In this document: one piece after another, positions 8,934 through 19,087 of the stretch
Layout: each line of letters opens with the position of its first letter
How positions within the stretch are numbered: position 1 is the first letter of the stretch
Position numbers and translations under genes: made by a program
DNA from: Escherichia phage vB_EcoP_SU10
Sequence record: NC_027395.1
DNA: 64,000 nucleotides
Strand: one strand, 5' to 3'
Notes under the pieces: model-generated
What the model saw: the letters and a program-made list of their open reading frames with translations, nothing else
The model's database searches: none
Told to the model about the DNA's origin: nothing

Positions 8934-8940
8934 AACTAGA

Positions 8941-8965
8941 CCCTGCCTTCGGGCGGGGTTTTTTC
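8941..8965 (+). terminator. strong rho-independent terminator after the capsid module
   Basis: CCCTGCC-ttcg-GGCGGGG followed by TTTTTT. Confidence 0.85.
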
Positions 8966-8992
8966 GTTTTAAGACCTATACAAGCAAGTGTG

Positions 8993-9001
8993 TAATGTAT
9001 A
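8993..9001 (+). promoter_or_regulatory. TAATGTATA motif (candidate phage-sigma -10-like promoter element)
   Basis: Exact 9-mer, intergenic, between the terminator and the ATG at 9035 (33 nt leader). The same 9-mer recurs at 25627, 36306 (+), 36234 (-) and 43026 (-). Confidence 0.55.
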
Positions 9002-9034
9002 TTCTTTGTCTACATATAACAAGGAGGACAACCT

Positions 9035-9787
9035 ATGGCAATGCCAGATGTTCAATACCCCATCAATACCTATGGGTGGCTAAAGAAGGCCGTGGCCCTC
9101 TGGGCAGATAGGGACGACGATGAATTTGTTAATCAAATTCCAAACTTTATTAACTTTGCAGAGAAAGAGATTTATCGTAACTTACGTATTCCTCCTCTGG
9201 AAAAAGAAGTGTATTTAGATATTAAAGATGGAGTAGCTTACATTCCTCCTGATTACTTAGAAGCTCAATGGATGATGAGAGCCAAAGATGGCACAATCTT
9301 CCAAGTAACCTCTCCTGAAGAGATTAGCTATCGTAGACAGCATGGAACAATTAACCCATCTCACTGGAATAACCAACCTGTCAACTTTGCTCGTTTCGGT
9401 AGTCGTTTCATTTTCTACCCTAGCATCGAAGCAGATACTCCGTACTACCCTGATGATGGAAGCCCTTTGATTCCAGCAGAAAACTCAGTGATTCTTAGCT
9501 ATTATGCAGACCCACCGGAATTCCATGAAGATACAGATACTAGTACTATTCTTACTATAGCACCAGAACTTCTTCTGTACTTCACCCTACGTCATGCTTG
9601 TCTCTTTGTTCAAGATGATAATGGTGTTCAGAAATGGTCAGCATTAGGAAAAGCTATCCTTGATGAAATGGTAGAACAGAATAAGAAACAAGAGTACTCA
9701 GGTTCACCTATCGCAATTCCGAATAACATGACTCGACTTCAGAGCAGCTTGCCTGATATTTATGGTATTCGTACTTCTCGTGTATAA
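9035..9787 (+). CDS. virion structural protein, possible head-tail adaptor (250 aa)
   Basis: AAGGAGGA SD. Position between the capsid and tail-fibre genes. Function inferred from position only. Confidence 0.45.
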   Translation: MAMPDVQYPINTYGWLKKAVALWADRDDDEFVNQIPNFINFAEKEIYRNLRIPPLEKEVYLDIKDGVAYIPPDYLEAQWMMRAKDGTIFQVTSPEEISYRRQHGTINPSHWNNQPVNFARFGSRFIFYPSIEADTPYYPDDGSPLIPAENSVILSYYADPPEFHEDTDTSTILTIAPELLLYFTLRHACLFVQDDNGVQKWSALGKAILDEMVEQNKKQEYSGSPIAIPNNMTRLQSSLPDIYGIRTSRV

Positions 9788-9796
9788 GGAGATAAT

Positions 9797-12157
9797 ATGA
9801 TCGTTTATAATAACCAAGCACCTGATGCAGTGAATAACGTTGGGCAGTTTGGTGCTACTGAAGGCTCTATTGGAGCTTATAAGCAAGCCGCAGAATATGC
9901 AGCTGACTCCAAATATTGGGCACTGTTAGCAGAGTCTAAGTTTGGTACAATTGATGACCTGATCGCTGAAGTAGAACGTTTGTATCAGCAAGGTGTTCTG
10001 ATGAAGCAGGATATCGAAGATCTTAAGCAGGACTTTAAAGATCAAGATGCTCGTCTGATGAGTTTGATTGCTCAAACTAACGCAGCGGTATCAGATGCGA
10101 ATAATGCTGTAGCTCTAATTAATCAGAAACTTATTGAAGTCCAGAACCAGCTTGACGTTCTGTTAGGAATGTCCGTTGATGTAACCACACTTCCTCCGGG
10201 AACTCCGGCTACTGGTTCTTTTAATCCTAACACTGGTGTAATTTCTTTAGGTATCCCAGAAGGCGAACCCGGAAAGGATGGTTCTGTTAAGGATTTAGAC
10301 ACAGCTCCTACTGGTGTTCCAGAGCTAGGTGACTTGGGTTTCTATGTTGATAAAGATGACAATACCGTCCATAAAACTACTCTAGAGAATATTGCTAACT
10401 TAACCCCATCTGTTCGTTCTGTTTCTGTTAATGGGGGACCAGCTCTTGATGGAGAGGTTGCTCTAACAATCAACAAAGAGACAGTAGGTTTAGGAAATGT
10501 TCTGAATGTTGCTCAGTACAGTCGTCAAGAGATTAATGACAAATTTGACAAGACTACCAAGACATACCAATCAAAAGCAGAAGCTTATGCTGATGCTCAG
10601 TATCGTCAAGTAGGTGAGAAAGTTTTAGTTTGGGAAGCTACTAAGTATGAATTCTATACTGTTGCTGCTAACAAAACATTGACTCCAGTTAAAACTGAAG
10701 GTAGAATTCTTACCGTTAACTCCCGTTCTCCAGATTCCAGTGGTAACATTGACATTACCATTCCAACAGGAAACCCTTCTCTGTATCTTGGTGAGATGGT
10801 GATGTTCCCTTACGACCCATCTAAGAATATCTCCTACCCAGGAGTTCTTCCTGCTGATGGTCGTCTGGTATCAAAAGAATCTGCTTCAGATTTAGGCCCA
10901 TCCCTTGTCAGCGGACAGCTCCCTGTTGTTTCAGAAACTGAATGGCAATCGGGGGCTAAACAGTACTTCTCTTGGGGCAAGTTAGCAGACGGTATTACCG
11001 ATGCGGATTCTACTAATTTTATCAACATTCGACTCCCTGATTGGACTGGAGGGGAGGCAATAAGAGCACCAGATTCTGATAAAGACTCTCAGTACAATGG
11101 GTCTGTACAGGCTCAGAAACCTTATGTTGTTACTGTAAATAACCAAGCTCCTGATGAGATTACTGGTAATGTGAACATCTCCAGATCAATTTTAGGTGCT
11201 GCTTCTTCTGGAGCAAACTCTGACATTACATCTTTATCTGGACTCACAACACCGCTATCCATCTCTCAAGGTGGTACTGGAGCTAAAGATGCTGCTAGTG
11301 CCCGATCTAACTTGGGGTTGGGGAGTGTTTCCACTCTAGATAACGTCCCTATCGCTAGTGGTGGGACAGGGGCTGGAGATGCTGCTGGTGCAAGGTTTAA
11401 TCTTGGGTTAGGTAACTCAGCCACAATGAATACCGGAACTAACAGTGATAATGTTCTTAAGGTTGGTGATTTTGGAATTGGAAGACCTGACGGCGCTCTT
11501 GTTTTTGATACTACTTCACAAGACCAACTTCTTGCTGGACTTGACACTTATGGGCTGTGTGTGTTTAGGAATAACCAACAAATAGCAGCACCTTGGGACA
11601 TATGGAACTACTCCTCAAACCTTTTCTTTAGGGCGGGTGACACATACAGTATGATAAGTATTCCGTTTGAGTCTGCTGGTAAGATAAAAGTTTTTGGTGG
11701 TGCATCGGGCAGTGGGTGGAAAACCTCAAGGACGGTATATGATACTGTAAATACAACTGTTGACGTCAATGGCTTTATCAAAGCAGCGTCACCAATAGTT
11801 AAGGTATTCCATGACGGAAGTTTTGAAACAAACGAACAATCTGATGGAGTTAGTGTTAAGAAAATCTCCACCGGGGTTTATTTAATTTCAGGGTGTCTTG
11901 GTCTTAATTCTGATGCAGGATGGGGTGGTGTAGATGGAGGTTTTGAAATCCCAATAGACCGAAACAAACAACCTAGAGTTTGGCTTGACTATGAGGTTAA
12001 AGAGGATGGTTCTCTTTTAATTAAAACTTATCATAGAACCCATTCAACATCCCCAGCTTTTGCTAGAAACGAGTTGGAAGGTTTTTCTGACGGAGACCCT
12101 GTTGACATTCCTAAGGATGCGTTCATTTCGGTTCGTGTTGAAATGCCTTCTAAGTAA
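9797..12157 (+). CDS. tail fibre protein (786 aa)
   Basis: N-terminal coiled coil. Repeated fibre motif SQGGTGAKDAASARSNLGLG / ASGGTGAGDAAGARFNLGLG. Confidence 0.75.
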   Translation: MIVYNNQAPDAVNNVGQFGATEGSIGAYKQAAEYAADSKYWALLAESKFGTIDDLIAEVERLYQQGVLMKQDIEDLKQDFKDQDARLMSLIAQTNAAVSDANNAVALINQKLIEVQNQLDVLLGMSVDVTTLPPGTPATGSFNPNTGVISLGIPEGEPGKDGSVKDLDTAPTGVPELGDLGFYVDKDDNTVHKTTLENIANLTPSVRSVSVNGGPALDGEVALTINKETVGLGNVLNVAQYSRQEINDKFDKTTKTYQSKAEAYADAQYRQVGEKVLVWEATKYEFYTVAANKTLTPVKTEGRILTVNSRSPDSSGNIDITIPTGNPSLYLGEMVMFPYDPSKNISYPGVLPADGRLVSKESASDLGPSLVSGQLPVVSETEWQSGAKQYFSWGKLADGITDADSTNFINIRLPDWTGGEAIRAPDSDKDSQYNGSVQAQKPYVVTVNNQAPDEITGNVNISRSILGAASSGANSDITSLSGLTTPLSISQGGTGAKDAASARSNLGLGSVSTLDNVPIASGGTGAGDAAGARFNLGLGNSATMNTGTNSDNVLKVGDFGIGRPDGALVFDTTSQDQLLAGLDTYGLCVFRNNQQIAAPWDIWNYSSNLFFRAGDTYSMISIPFESAGKIKVFGGASGSGWKTSRTVYDTVNTTVDVNGFIKAASPIVKVFHDGSFETNEQSDGVSVKKISTGVYLISGCLGLNSDAGWGGVDGGFEIPIDRNKQPRVWLDYEVKEDGSLLIKTYHRTHSTSPAFARNELEGFSDGDPVDIPKDAFISVRVEMPSK

Positions 12158-12166
12158 ATTAACAAT

Positions 12167-12185
12167 GCTCCCTTCGGGGAGCTTT
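12167..12185 (+). terminator. TTCG-tetraloop hairpin after the tail fibre gene (weak terminator)
   Basis: GCTCCC-ttcg-GGGAGC followed by ttt. Confidence 0.45.
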
Positions 12186-12197
12186 AAGGAGATTTAA

Positions 12198-14369
12198 ATG
12201 GCTAGAGAATTAATGCCCAAATCTGGTATAATGATGCCTCATGTGGTTGTAACCAGAGATGCGGCTGTTGTTGGTGTTTCTACCGTAGATGGACAGGCAG
12301 GGGCTATTGACCTCACTGGAAAGTATCTACAGAAAACTGACGCAGCTGCTACCTACCAGACTAAAACAGAAGGCGCATCTAAAGATTTTGTGCTGGATTC
12401 AATTCAACCTATTATGTCTGGTGCTTTGTTCCGAGAAGATCCTTGGGTTGTGAACGACACACCTTTCCGCTCTACTGGAGCTAACGGAGTAGAGTCAGTG
12501 GATATGATGAAGGTCACTCCTGATAACTCAATTAAGATTGGCAGCTATGCTTCCTCGGTTCAAGGCGTAGAAATTCATTCTGCTGGTCGTCTTCAGGTTG
12601 TTGACCAGAATGACAGTGGTGTAGAAACTAAGTATCCAGTTTATTCTAAACGTTATCGTCCCGAGATTGAGGATTTACCTTTCGCTGCGATTGGTTCTTA
12701 TGTTAAAGACTCCAAAGGTCGGACTATCGGTGTTACTCGTACAGGGATTAACTCTGATATCAAACAGCTTACTCAGAAAGTAACTTTTACCCAACCTGTT
12801 ACTGTAGCAGATGCTGTAGGCGATTATGATGCAGTGACACTGAGGCAACTTCGTAACAGTGGTGGCGGTTCTGGTGGTCCTACCATGAGTGGTATCTCAA
12901 ACTTTGGTATCGGTGATTTCCATCTTCGTGACAGTCGTGCTTTCATCCCCGCCTTCGAGGTTGTGTCGGATGGGCAGCTTTTGAATCGTGCTGACTACCC
13001 AGATTTATGGGCTTATGCACAACTGCTATCCCCAATTGAAGACTCTCTTTGGTTGTCTAATATCTATCAGAGGGGTAGGTATTCTACCGGAAACGGTACA
13101 ACAACTTTCCGTGTTCCTGACCGAAATGGCATCCAAGAGGGGTCACTGAGAGCTTTATATGGCCGTGGTGATGGTGGTAATTCTGCTGCAAACGGTCAAG
13201 TGTTTGATTCTGCTGCACCGAACATCACATATGCGTCCCCTCACACAATGGTAACACTAGCCTCCGCTCCTGGGCAGGTGGCGACTAACGGGGCAATTCA
13301 ATCAATCACCTCTACAGACGATGTGGCTCCAGTGGGGGCTGGAGGTAAATACATATCCACAAACTTTGACGCATCGCGTTCCAGTCCTATTTATGGTCGC
13401 TCCACTGATGAGATTCTGACCCGTAACTTTGTTGGTGTTTGGACTATCCGTGCTCATGGTGGTTTTGTAGCAGCTAATACTTCTTGGTCTGTTATCAACA
13501 GGGACAGCGCAGCTCCGGCTTTAAACACTTCTGTAGTTGGTGGTAAGGTGGAATCTAAATACACTAACCCAACCTCCTCTCAATATGCTCGTATGTATAT
13601 TTCCTCTTCTTGGGGGAGTGTTTGTTCTGCCGTGATTGAAGCACAAGGTACAAGTACTCACGCTTATAAGTTTTATGAGGATGGCACTGTTGATTTTAGG
13701 CAGTCTGGTAAGACAAACCCATTCCGCATGTACACACCAACTGGAATTTGGACTGGACTGACGGATGCGGGGCCAAACAATTTAACCACCAATGGAATGG
13801 ATAGGGTGGCGATTTCTAGTGGCTCTGACACAGTGGTGCGTGGGTACTCTATTGGAGGATCTAAACCTAATGGTTATCCAACCAAGGTTGGGCATCATAT
13901 GTATTTGCCGGGAAATGACGCCTTCGGTATCGCCTGTACAACTATTGGAGGAGACAACGGAAGGTTCTGTCGATATTTTTACGACATAGACGGGCAGATG
14001 TATGGCTCAACTGATTATGGAAACTTTAGCTATACAAAGAGTGGTGTCTCGGATGAAAACCTGAAACATAACATTGTTGATATTGATGCAGAAAGAGCTA
14101 TTGAAGTAATAAAAGGACTGAAGTTCAAATCCTTTGTTTACAACGATGATGAGAAGAATCGATCTCGTCGTGGTATCATTGCACAGCAGGCAGAGACGGT
14201 AGAACCTCTGTATGTTAAGACTCGCAAATACCCAGGAATGGAGAAAGGCTCTCCAGAAATTGAGCAGAAAGAGCTAGACACTACTCCAATGCTCCTTGAC
14301 ACTATGCAAGTAGTTCAAGATCTTCTGAAGCGTATTGAAGTTCTGGAATCGAAGTTAGCAGAGAAGTAA
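12198..14369 (+). CDS. tail fibre with collar-like domain and C-terminal self-cleaving intramolecular chaperone (peptidase S74-like), 723 aa
   Basis: Collar-like segment (DGQLLNRADYPDLWAY...TTFRVPDRNG). C-terminal SDENLKHNI...RGIIAQQAE...LESKL matches the endosialidase-type chaperone pattern from memory. Confidence 0.75.
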   Translation: MARELMPKSGIMMPHVVVTRDAAVVGVSTVDGQAGAIDLTGKYLQKTDAAATYQTKTEGASKDFVLDSIQPIMSGALFREDPWVVNDTPFRSTGANGVESVDMMKVTPDNSIKIGSYASSVQGVEIHSAGRLQVVDQNDSGVETKYPVYSKRYRPEIEDLPFAAIGSYVKDSKGRTIGVTRTGINSDIKQLTQKVTFTQPVTVADAVGDYDAVTLRQLRNSGGGSGGPTMSGISNFGIGDFHLRDSRAFIPAFEVVSDGQLLNRADYPDLWAYAQLLSPIEDSLWLSNIYQRGRYSTGNGTTTFRVPDRNGIQEGSLRALYGRGDGGNSAANGQVFDSAAPNITYASPHTMVTLASAPGQVATNGAIQSITSTDDVAPVGAGGKYISTNFDASRSSPIYGRSTDEILTRNFVGVWTIRAHGGFVAANTSWSVINRDSAAPALNTSVVGGKVESKYTNPTSSQYARMYISSSWGSVCSAVIEAQGTSTHAYKFYEDGTVDFRQSGKTNPFRMYTPTGIWTGLTDAGPNNLTTNGMDRVAISSGSDTVVRGYSIGGSKPNGYPTKVGHHMYLPGNDAFGIACTTIGGDNGRFCRYFYDIDGQMYGSTDYGNFSYTKSGVSDENLKHNIVDIDAERAIEVIKGLKFKSFVYNDDEKNRSRRGIIAQQAETVEPLYVKTRKYPGMEKGSPEIEQKELDTTPMLLDTMQVVQDLLKRIEVLESKLAEK

Positions 14370-14372
14370 GAT

Positions 14373-14391
14373 AAGCCCCTTCGGGGGCTTT
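14373..14391 (+). terminator. TTCG-tetraloop hairpin (weak terminator)
   Basis: AAGCCCC-ttcg-GGGGCTT followed by a short T tract. Confidence 0.4.
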
Positions 14392-14461
14392 AGTAGTAAG
14401 TACCCTTAGTAAGTAATGAAACTAATATATCCCAAGAGGTTAATATATAGGAGACACTCAA

Positions 14462-14680
14462 ATGAAAATGATGAAACAAGCTGCATATGGTTTAATATGT
14501 TTAGGCGCAGGTGTTGTGGTATCCACCGCAGTTCCTGTAGGCGCAGTTCATCCATTAGTAACTGTCCCTGCTCCAGTAGAGAAGCTCAGCTCTCAATGTA
14601 AGCAGAGAACAATTCAAAATAACTTAGTTGTTATTTGCCCTGATGCTGAATCTAACGCTCTGAGAAAGATACTACCTTAA
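14462..14680 (+). CDS. small membrane or secreted protein upstream of the endolysin (72 aa), possible holin-like role
   Basis: AGGAGA SD. N-terminal MKMMKQ followed by a hydrophobic stretch AAYGLICLGAGVVVSTAVPVGAV. Role suggested by position only. Confidence 0.45.
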   Translation: MKMMKQAAYGLICLGAGVVVSTAVPVGAVHPLVTVPAPVEKLSSQCKQRTIQNNLVVICPDAESNALRKILP

Positions 14681-14709
14681 TTTAAAGGGACTACAAAAGG
14701 AGGTTAGAA

Positions 14710-15201
14710 ATGGATAACGTCGCATTGCCACCTGTACAACTAAACTTAAGCCCAGCTGGAATGGAATTCATCATGAAGCATGAGGGTATGAGAACAAAGG
14801 CTTATAAAGATTCCGCAGGTATCTGGACGATATGTGTAGGGGCTACGCGCGATATGAATGGTTATCCGGTTAGACAAGGATTAACGTATTCTATAGAGGA
14901 TTGTCTAGCTCTGCTAGATAGAGACACACAAGACTCTGTTCGTGCTACTCAGAAGAACATAAAGGTTCCTTTACTAGTTCATGAGTTTGATGCACTCACT
15001 TCTTTCAACTTCAATGTTGGCAGTGGGGCTTTGAGCACATCTAAGTTAAGGAAGGTTATCAATGGAGAAGTGAAAGGGGATGTTTATTCCGAATTTCTTC
15101 GTTGGGATAAAATAACGGTCAGGGGAGAAAAGCAGAGAAGTCAGGGTCTTCATAACAGAAGGGTTGCAGAAGCTGATCTTTACACTGAAGGTAAATATTA
15201 A
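14710..15201 (+). CDS. endolysin, GH24 lysozyme family (163 aa)
   Basis: FIMKHEGMRTKAYKDSAGIWTICVG matches the phage-lysozyme catalytic E...D...T region. AAAGGAGG SD. Confidence 0.85.
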   Translation: MDNVALPPVQLNLSPAGMEFIMKHEGMRTKAYKDSAGIWTICVGATRDMNGYPVRQGLTYSIEDCLALLDRDTQDSVRATQKNIKVPLLVHEFDALTSFNFNVGSGALSTSKLRKVINGEVKGDVYSEFLRWDKITVRGEKQRSQGLHNRRVAEADLYTEGKY

Positions 15202-15213
15202 TGGAGGTGCCTT

Positions 15214-16017
15214 TTGGCTATCGAAACTAATGCGGTAGTTATTACCGACTTAAACCCGCTCTATCCTAGAGACAGGGATTACATCTACGAAGGGGCGGCT
15301 CAAATCCGCCTCATTAAGCAAACGTTACAGAACACATTCCCCAATGTTACAGAACCGGTTGATATAGATTCTGACACCTTTAAGATTATGTCAGAGAAGC
15401 TCAAGTTTACTGGTGATGCAATGGATGTTGGTGGTCTTATGATCAAGAACGTTACTCCGGGAACTGGTGACAAGGATGTTGTTACTAAAGGCCAGATGGA
15501 AGCGTTCATGAAGAACTGGATGGAGAATAAGCTCTATCGAATTGGTTCTTACTACATCACTGAAGAAGATATTAACCCCGGTGATTCCATCTCCTTAGGG
15601 TTTGGCTCTTGGGCTAAAGTGACTGGTGTTATCATGGGTACTGGTGTAGTAAACCCTGATGGTTCTGTCCCTAATGCTCAGAGAGTTGAGTTCCAAGCAG
15701 GTGGTACTGGTGGTCGTGTCTTCAATACTATTCGAACTGAGAACGTACCTTTGATGACAGTTAATGGCTCCAGCTTCTCTCTATCCAGTAATACTCATAG
15801 TCACAATATGGTGTTTGGTCGTGGAGATGCTAGTGGTCATAACAGCTCACCAAACTGGTATAGTCCGGGTGGTGGTTACAGCCAGAGAACTGATAATGAC
15901 ACACATACTCATACAATCTCTGGTAGTGTAAGTCTTGGTCGTGATGATATTTCTCGTCAACCTATTAACACTTTGCCACCATTCAGAGCAGCTCACATTT
16001 GGAGACGTATTAGCTAA
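15214..16017 (+). CDS. tail fibre-like protein with HxH motifs (267 aa), TTG start
   Basis: GGAGGTG SD 4-5 nt before the TTG. C-terminal NTHSHNM and DTHTHTISG resemble metal-binding HxH repeats of fibre tips. Confidence 0.55.
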   Translation: MAIETNAVVITDLNPLYPRDRDYIYEGAAQIRLIKQTLQNTFPNVTEPVDIDSDTFKIMSEKLKFTGDAMDVGGLMIKNVTPGTGDKDVVTKGQMEAFMKNWMENKLYRIGSYYITEEDINPGDSISLGFGSWAKVTGVIMGTGVVNPDGSVPNAQRVEFQAGGTGGRVFNTIRTENVPLMTVNGSSFSLSSNTHSHNMVFGRGDASGHNSSPNWYSPGGGYSQRTDNDTHTHTISGSVSLGRDDISRQPINTLPPFRAAHIWRRIS

Positions 16018-16026
16018 GGAGGAATT

Positions 16027-19000
16027 ATGGCGCTGTATCCAATAAAGTCACTAGGTGCTGTAGGCGTTATCGCTGACCAAGCTCCGACAGACTTAGCTCC
16101 TAATGCTTTCACTAATGCTATAAATGCTCGATTTGTTGAGCAGAGAGTATTTAAGACGGGGGGCAATGCCCCTCTTTCTTATGTAGATGAAGATAAGGAT
16201 TTAACCCCTCTGTCTTTCGTTTCTATGCCTTTCGATTATTATAGCGCAGGTAATAGCTTTCTTGTTGTAGGTACTAATAAGAAGTTATATAAACTGACAG
16301 ATGAAAGCTTGACTGATATTAGCCGTAAGGTTGCTACAGTCACTAAGAAGGCTTCTGCCTCAATTAAGATTTATCCAGTTGTTTCTCAGATCGTTCCTAA
16401 AGAATCAACTATCTCAATGAACTTCAATCAGACCAAGAATCTAGAGGTTTCTCTTCTCCCTGCTGATGCTAACAATACCAATCTTATTTGGGAGGTTAGT
16501 AACTCATCCTATGGAAGTATTACGGTAGACCCTAGTGACTCTAAACTTGCTACTCTAACATCTTTTGAGAAAGAGGGTAATCTTGTAGTAACTATCTCTA
16601 CTGCCAATGAATCCGTAGTGGCTCAGATTGCTGTTAATATCATCGATGGTGATTCAGGCATCTTCTTGAGTCAAGATACTGTTACAATTCGTAAAGGAGG
16701 GACTACTACTCTCACGGCTGTTACTGGTAAAACTCCTGTAACTTGGTCCAGCAATAATGCTTCTATTGTATCCGTAACCCCTAACGCCAACTCTTTAACT
16801 GCTGTCATTACAGCGAACGGAGAAGGTAATGTAACAATCACTGCTGATAACGGGACTAAGACTGCTTCTTGTGAGATTGTTTCTATCCCTCAGATTGATA
16901 GTATCTCTTTAAGCCAGTCAGATGTTACTGTGAGTAGAGGTTCTCAGTATATTTTAACTGCCACCCTTTCTCCTGCTAACGCCCCTAATCAAAATATTAC
17001 TTGGACCTCTTCTAACCCAAATATTGCAACAGTATCAGGGACTAGCACACAAGGGACGATCAACGCTCTGCTTGCTGGTTTTACTGAGATTACAGCTACC
17101 ACTGAAGAAGGTAACAGAGTTGCTGTCTGTACTGTACGTGTGGATTTAGCTGGAAGGACAATGAGAACAAGTGCTATGGCATTTGCCGCTCCTGTGTCAG
17201 AGTCAGTAGAAACTCAAGAGGAAGAAGTAGTAACTCCTCCTGAAAGTGAAGAGACGGTTTATTTTGCTGAGCCTACATCCGGTATTGATACGTCAGGGAT
17301 GTATGAAGGTAACAACTTCTATGACTACTCTAACGTGAATGATATTGAAGGTTTTGCAAGAGCTTCTTTACTGGCAACCCCTTTGTCATCTGTAACCTTA
17401 GATATTGTCAGCGCTTCTCTTGATGTTGGTGAAGAGATTGTCATTACAGCCACAGCTTCTCCAGAAGGTGAGTACTCTTATCAGTGGTCTGTTGATAAAA
17501 CTGGTTATGTTTCTACAACTTCAGTTACTGGTAAATCTATCAAACTGGTTGCTCTTCGTAAAGGAGAGATTAACGTAACATGTACTGTCAGTCAGATGAC
17601 TCAGAAAGATTACGATGCTTTTGATGACTATCCTTGGTATCACGCTGTTATCTCTAACTGTGCAGTTGCTACAACTCACTATGAAACTCCTCAGGTAAAA
17701 GAATTCGAATCAGAATACTTTGTAGACCTTCCGGGGTGGGGTGAGCAAACAGTTGTTGATAACGATGGAAACCCTTCAGTCAAGAAGTTTAACTGGAAAT
17801 GTGAAAGAGTAAGATCTTTTAACAACCGTCTTTTTGCTCTGAATATGAGAGAAGCTAATGCTTCTGGTGTTACCACTAACTATCCGCTTCGTCTTCGTTG
17901 GTCTAACTTTGCCAATGAGAACAAGGCTCCTACACTGTGGGATGACTTTGCCTATGATCGAGTTGTGTCTTCGGACTTAGCTTCTAACATCGTAGGGCAG
18001 ACTCAGGCTCTAGAGAATGGGTATGCTGGTTACATTGACTTAGCAGATTCTAATGGTAGCTTGATTGATATCCTACCTCTTAAGGATTACTTGTTCGTTT
18101 ATACAGAGTTTGAAACGTATATTGGTTCTCCGACTAATAACACGTACCAACCTCTAATGTTCAAGAAGCTCTTTAACGACTCTGGTATCCTTGCTCCCGA
18201 GTGTGTGGTTGAAGTAGAAGGTAGTCACTTCGTAGTTACTCAGAACGATGTAATCTTACACAATGGTGCAACCAAGAAATCAATTGCATCTAACCGTGTT
18301 AAGAATATGTTGATTAATGAGGTGTGTCTGGTTAACCCTCTAGCAACTCGAGTACACTTGCATCAGGATAAGAAAGAAGTTTGGGTTCTGTACGTAGGTC
18401 CGGGAGAACCAAAAGAAAGCTTCGCTTGTACTAAAGCTGCTGTATGGAATTATGAGTTTGATACTTGGTCTTTCCGTACTATTCCATATGCTCAGTGTAT
18501 CGGTCTTGTTGATCCTCCTGTTTTAGAAAGAGGTCCAATCTGGTCTGACTTCCAAGAAATCACTTGGGATGACCCATCTATTAAAGAACTCGTTTGGAGA
18601 AAGGATGCAACAAACTTTAGACAGAGGGTTACGATAGTAGGTTCATTCTTGAAGGGATTCTATCAAGTGGATGTAGGTGCTCTTGATTATTTCTATGACA
18701 GGCTAAACGATGTTGTTATAGAGAAGCCTCTGGAAATGAGGTTGGAGAGGACTGGTATAGATTTTGATAATGTGACTAATGAGTGGAATCAGAAGCATAT
18801 TAACAGGTTCCGGCCTCAGACAACCGGTTCAGGTACTTACATATTTGAAGCTGGTGGTAGTCAATTCTCAAATGAATATGGACACCCACACACATCGAAG
18901 ACTTATACAATTGGTGTTGACAGGCATGTCTCGGTGAGACTGAACCATCCATACCTTTTCTATAATGTTATAGATAATGATGTTAACAGTAATGCTGCTA

Positions 19001-19044
19001 TCAATGGTTTAACGATAGAGTTTGCTGTTGGCGGGCGGAGATAA
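16027..19044 (+). CDS. large tail structural protein carrying an internal array of four Big_2 Ig-like domains (1005 aa)
   Basis: Four Big_2-like units between about aa 113 and 520 (for example DTVTIRKGGTTTLTAV...VTWSSNNASIVSV), an acidic linker, and a large C-terminal domain. Confidence 0.7.
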   Translation: MALYPIKSLGAVGVIADQAPTDLAPNAFTNAINARFVEQRVFKTGGNAPLSYVDEDKDLTPLSFVSMPFDYYSAGNSFLVVGTNKKLYKLTDESLTDISRKVATVTKKASASIKIYPVVSQIVPKESTISMNFNQTKNLEVSLLPADANNTNLIWEVSNSSYGSITVDPSDSKLATLTSFEKEGNLVVTISTANESVVAQIAVNIIDGDSGIFLSQDTVTIRKGGTTTLTAVTGKTPVTWSSNNASIVSVTPNANSLTAVITANGEGNVTITADNGTKTASCEIVSIPQIDSISLSQSDVTVSRGSQYILTATLSPANAPNQNITWTSSNPNIATVSGTSTQGTINALLAGFTEITATTEEGNRVAVCTVRVDLAGRTMRTSAMAFAAPVSESVETQEEEVVTPPESEETVYFAEPTSGIDTSGMYEGNNFYDYSNVNDIEGFARASLLATPLSSVTLDIVSASLDVGEEIVITATASPEGEYSYQWSVDKTGYVSTTSVTGKSIKLVALRKGEINVTCTVSQMTQKDYDAFDDYPWYHAVISNCAVATTHYETPQVKEFESEYFVDLPGWGEQTVVDNDGNPSVKKFNWKCERVRSFNNRLFALNMREANASGVTTNYPLRLRWSNFANENKAPTLWDDFAYDRVVSSDLASNIVGQTQALENGYAGYIDLADSNGSLIDILPLKDYLFVYTEFETYIGSPTNNTYQPLMFKKLFNDSGILAPECVVEVEGSHFVVTQNDVILHNGATKKSIASNRVKNMLINEVCLVNPLATRVHLHQDKKEVWVLYVGPGEPKESFACTKAAVWNYEFDTWSFRTIPYAQCIGLVDPPVLERGPIWSDFQEITWDDPSIKELVWRKDATNFRQRVTIVGSFLKGFYQVDVGALDYFYDRLNDVVIEKPLEMRLERTGIDFDNVTNEWNQKHINRFRPQTTGSGTYIFEAGGSQFSNEYGHPHTSKTYTIGVDRHVSVRLNHPYLFYNVIDNDVNSNAAINGLTIEFAVGGRR

Positions 19045-19048
19045 CAAC

Positions 19049-19077
19049 AAGGGGCTTCGTGCCCCTTTTATTGTTTT
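19049..19077 (+). terminator. terminator-like hairpin
   Basis: AAGGGGC-ttcgt-GCCCCTT followed by ttattgtttt. Confidence 0.55.
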
Positions 19078-19087
19078 GGAGGAACTT

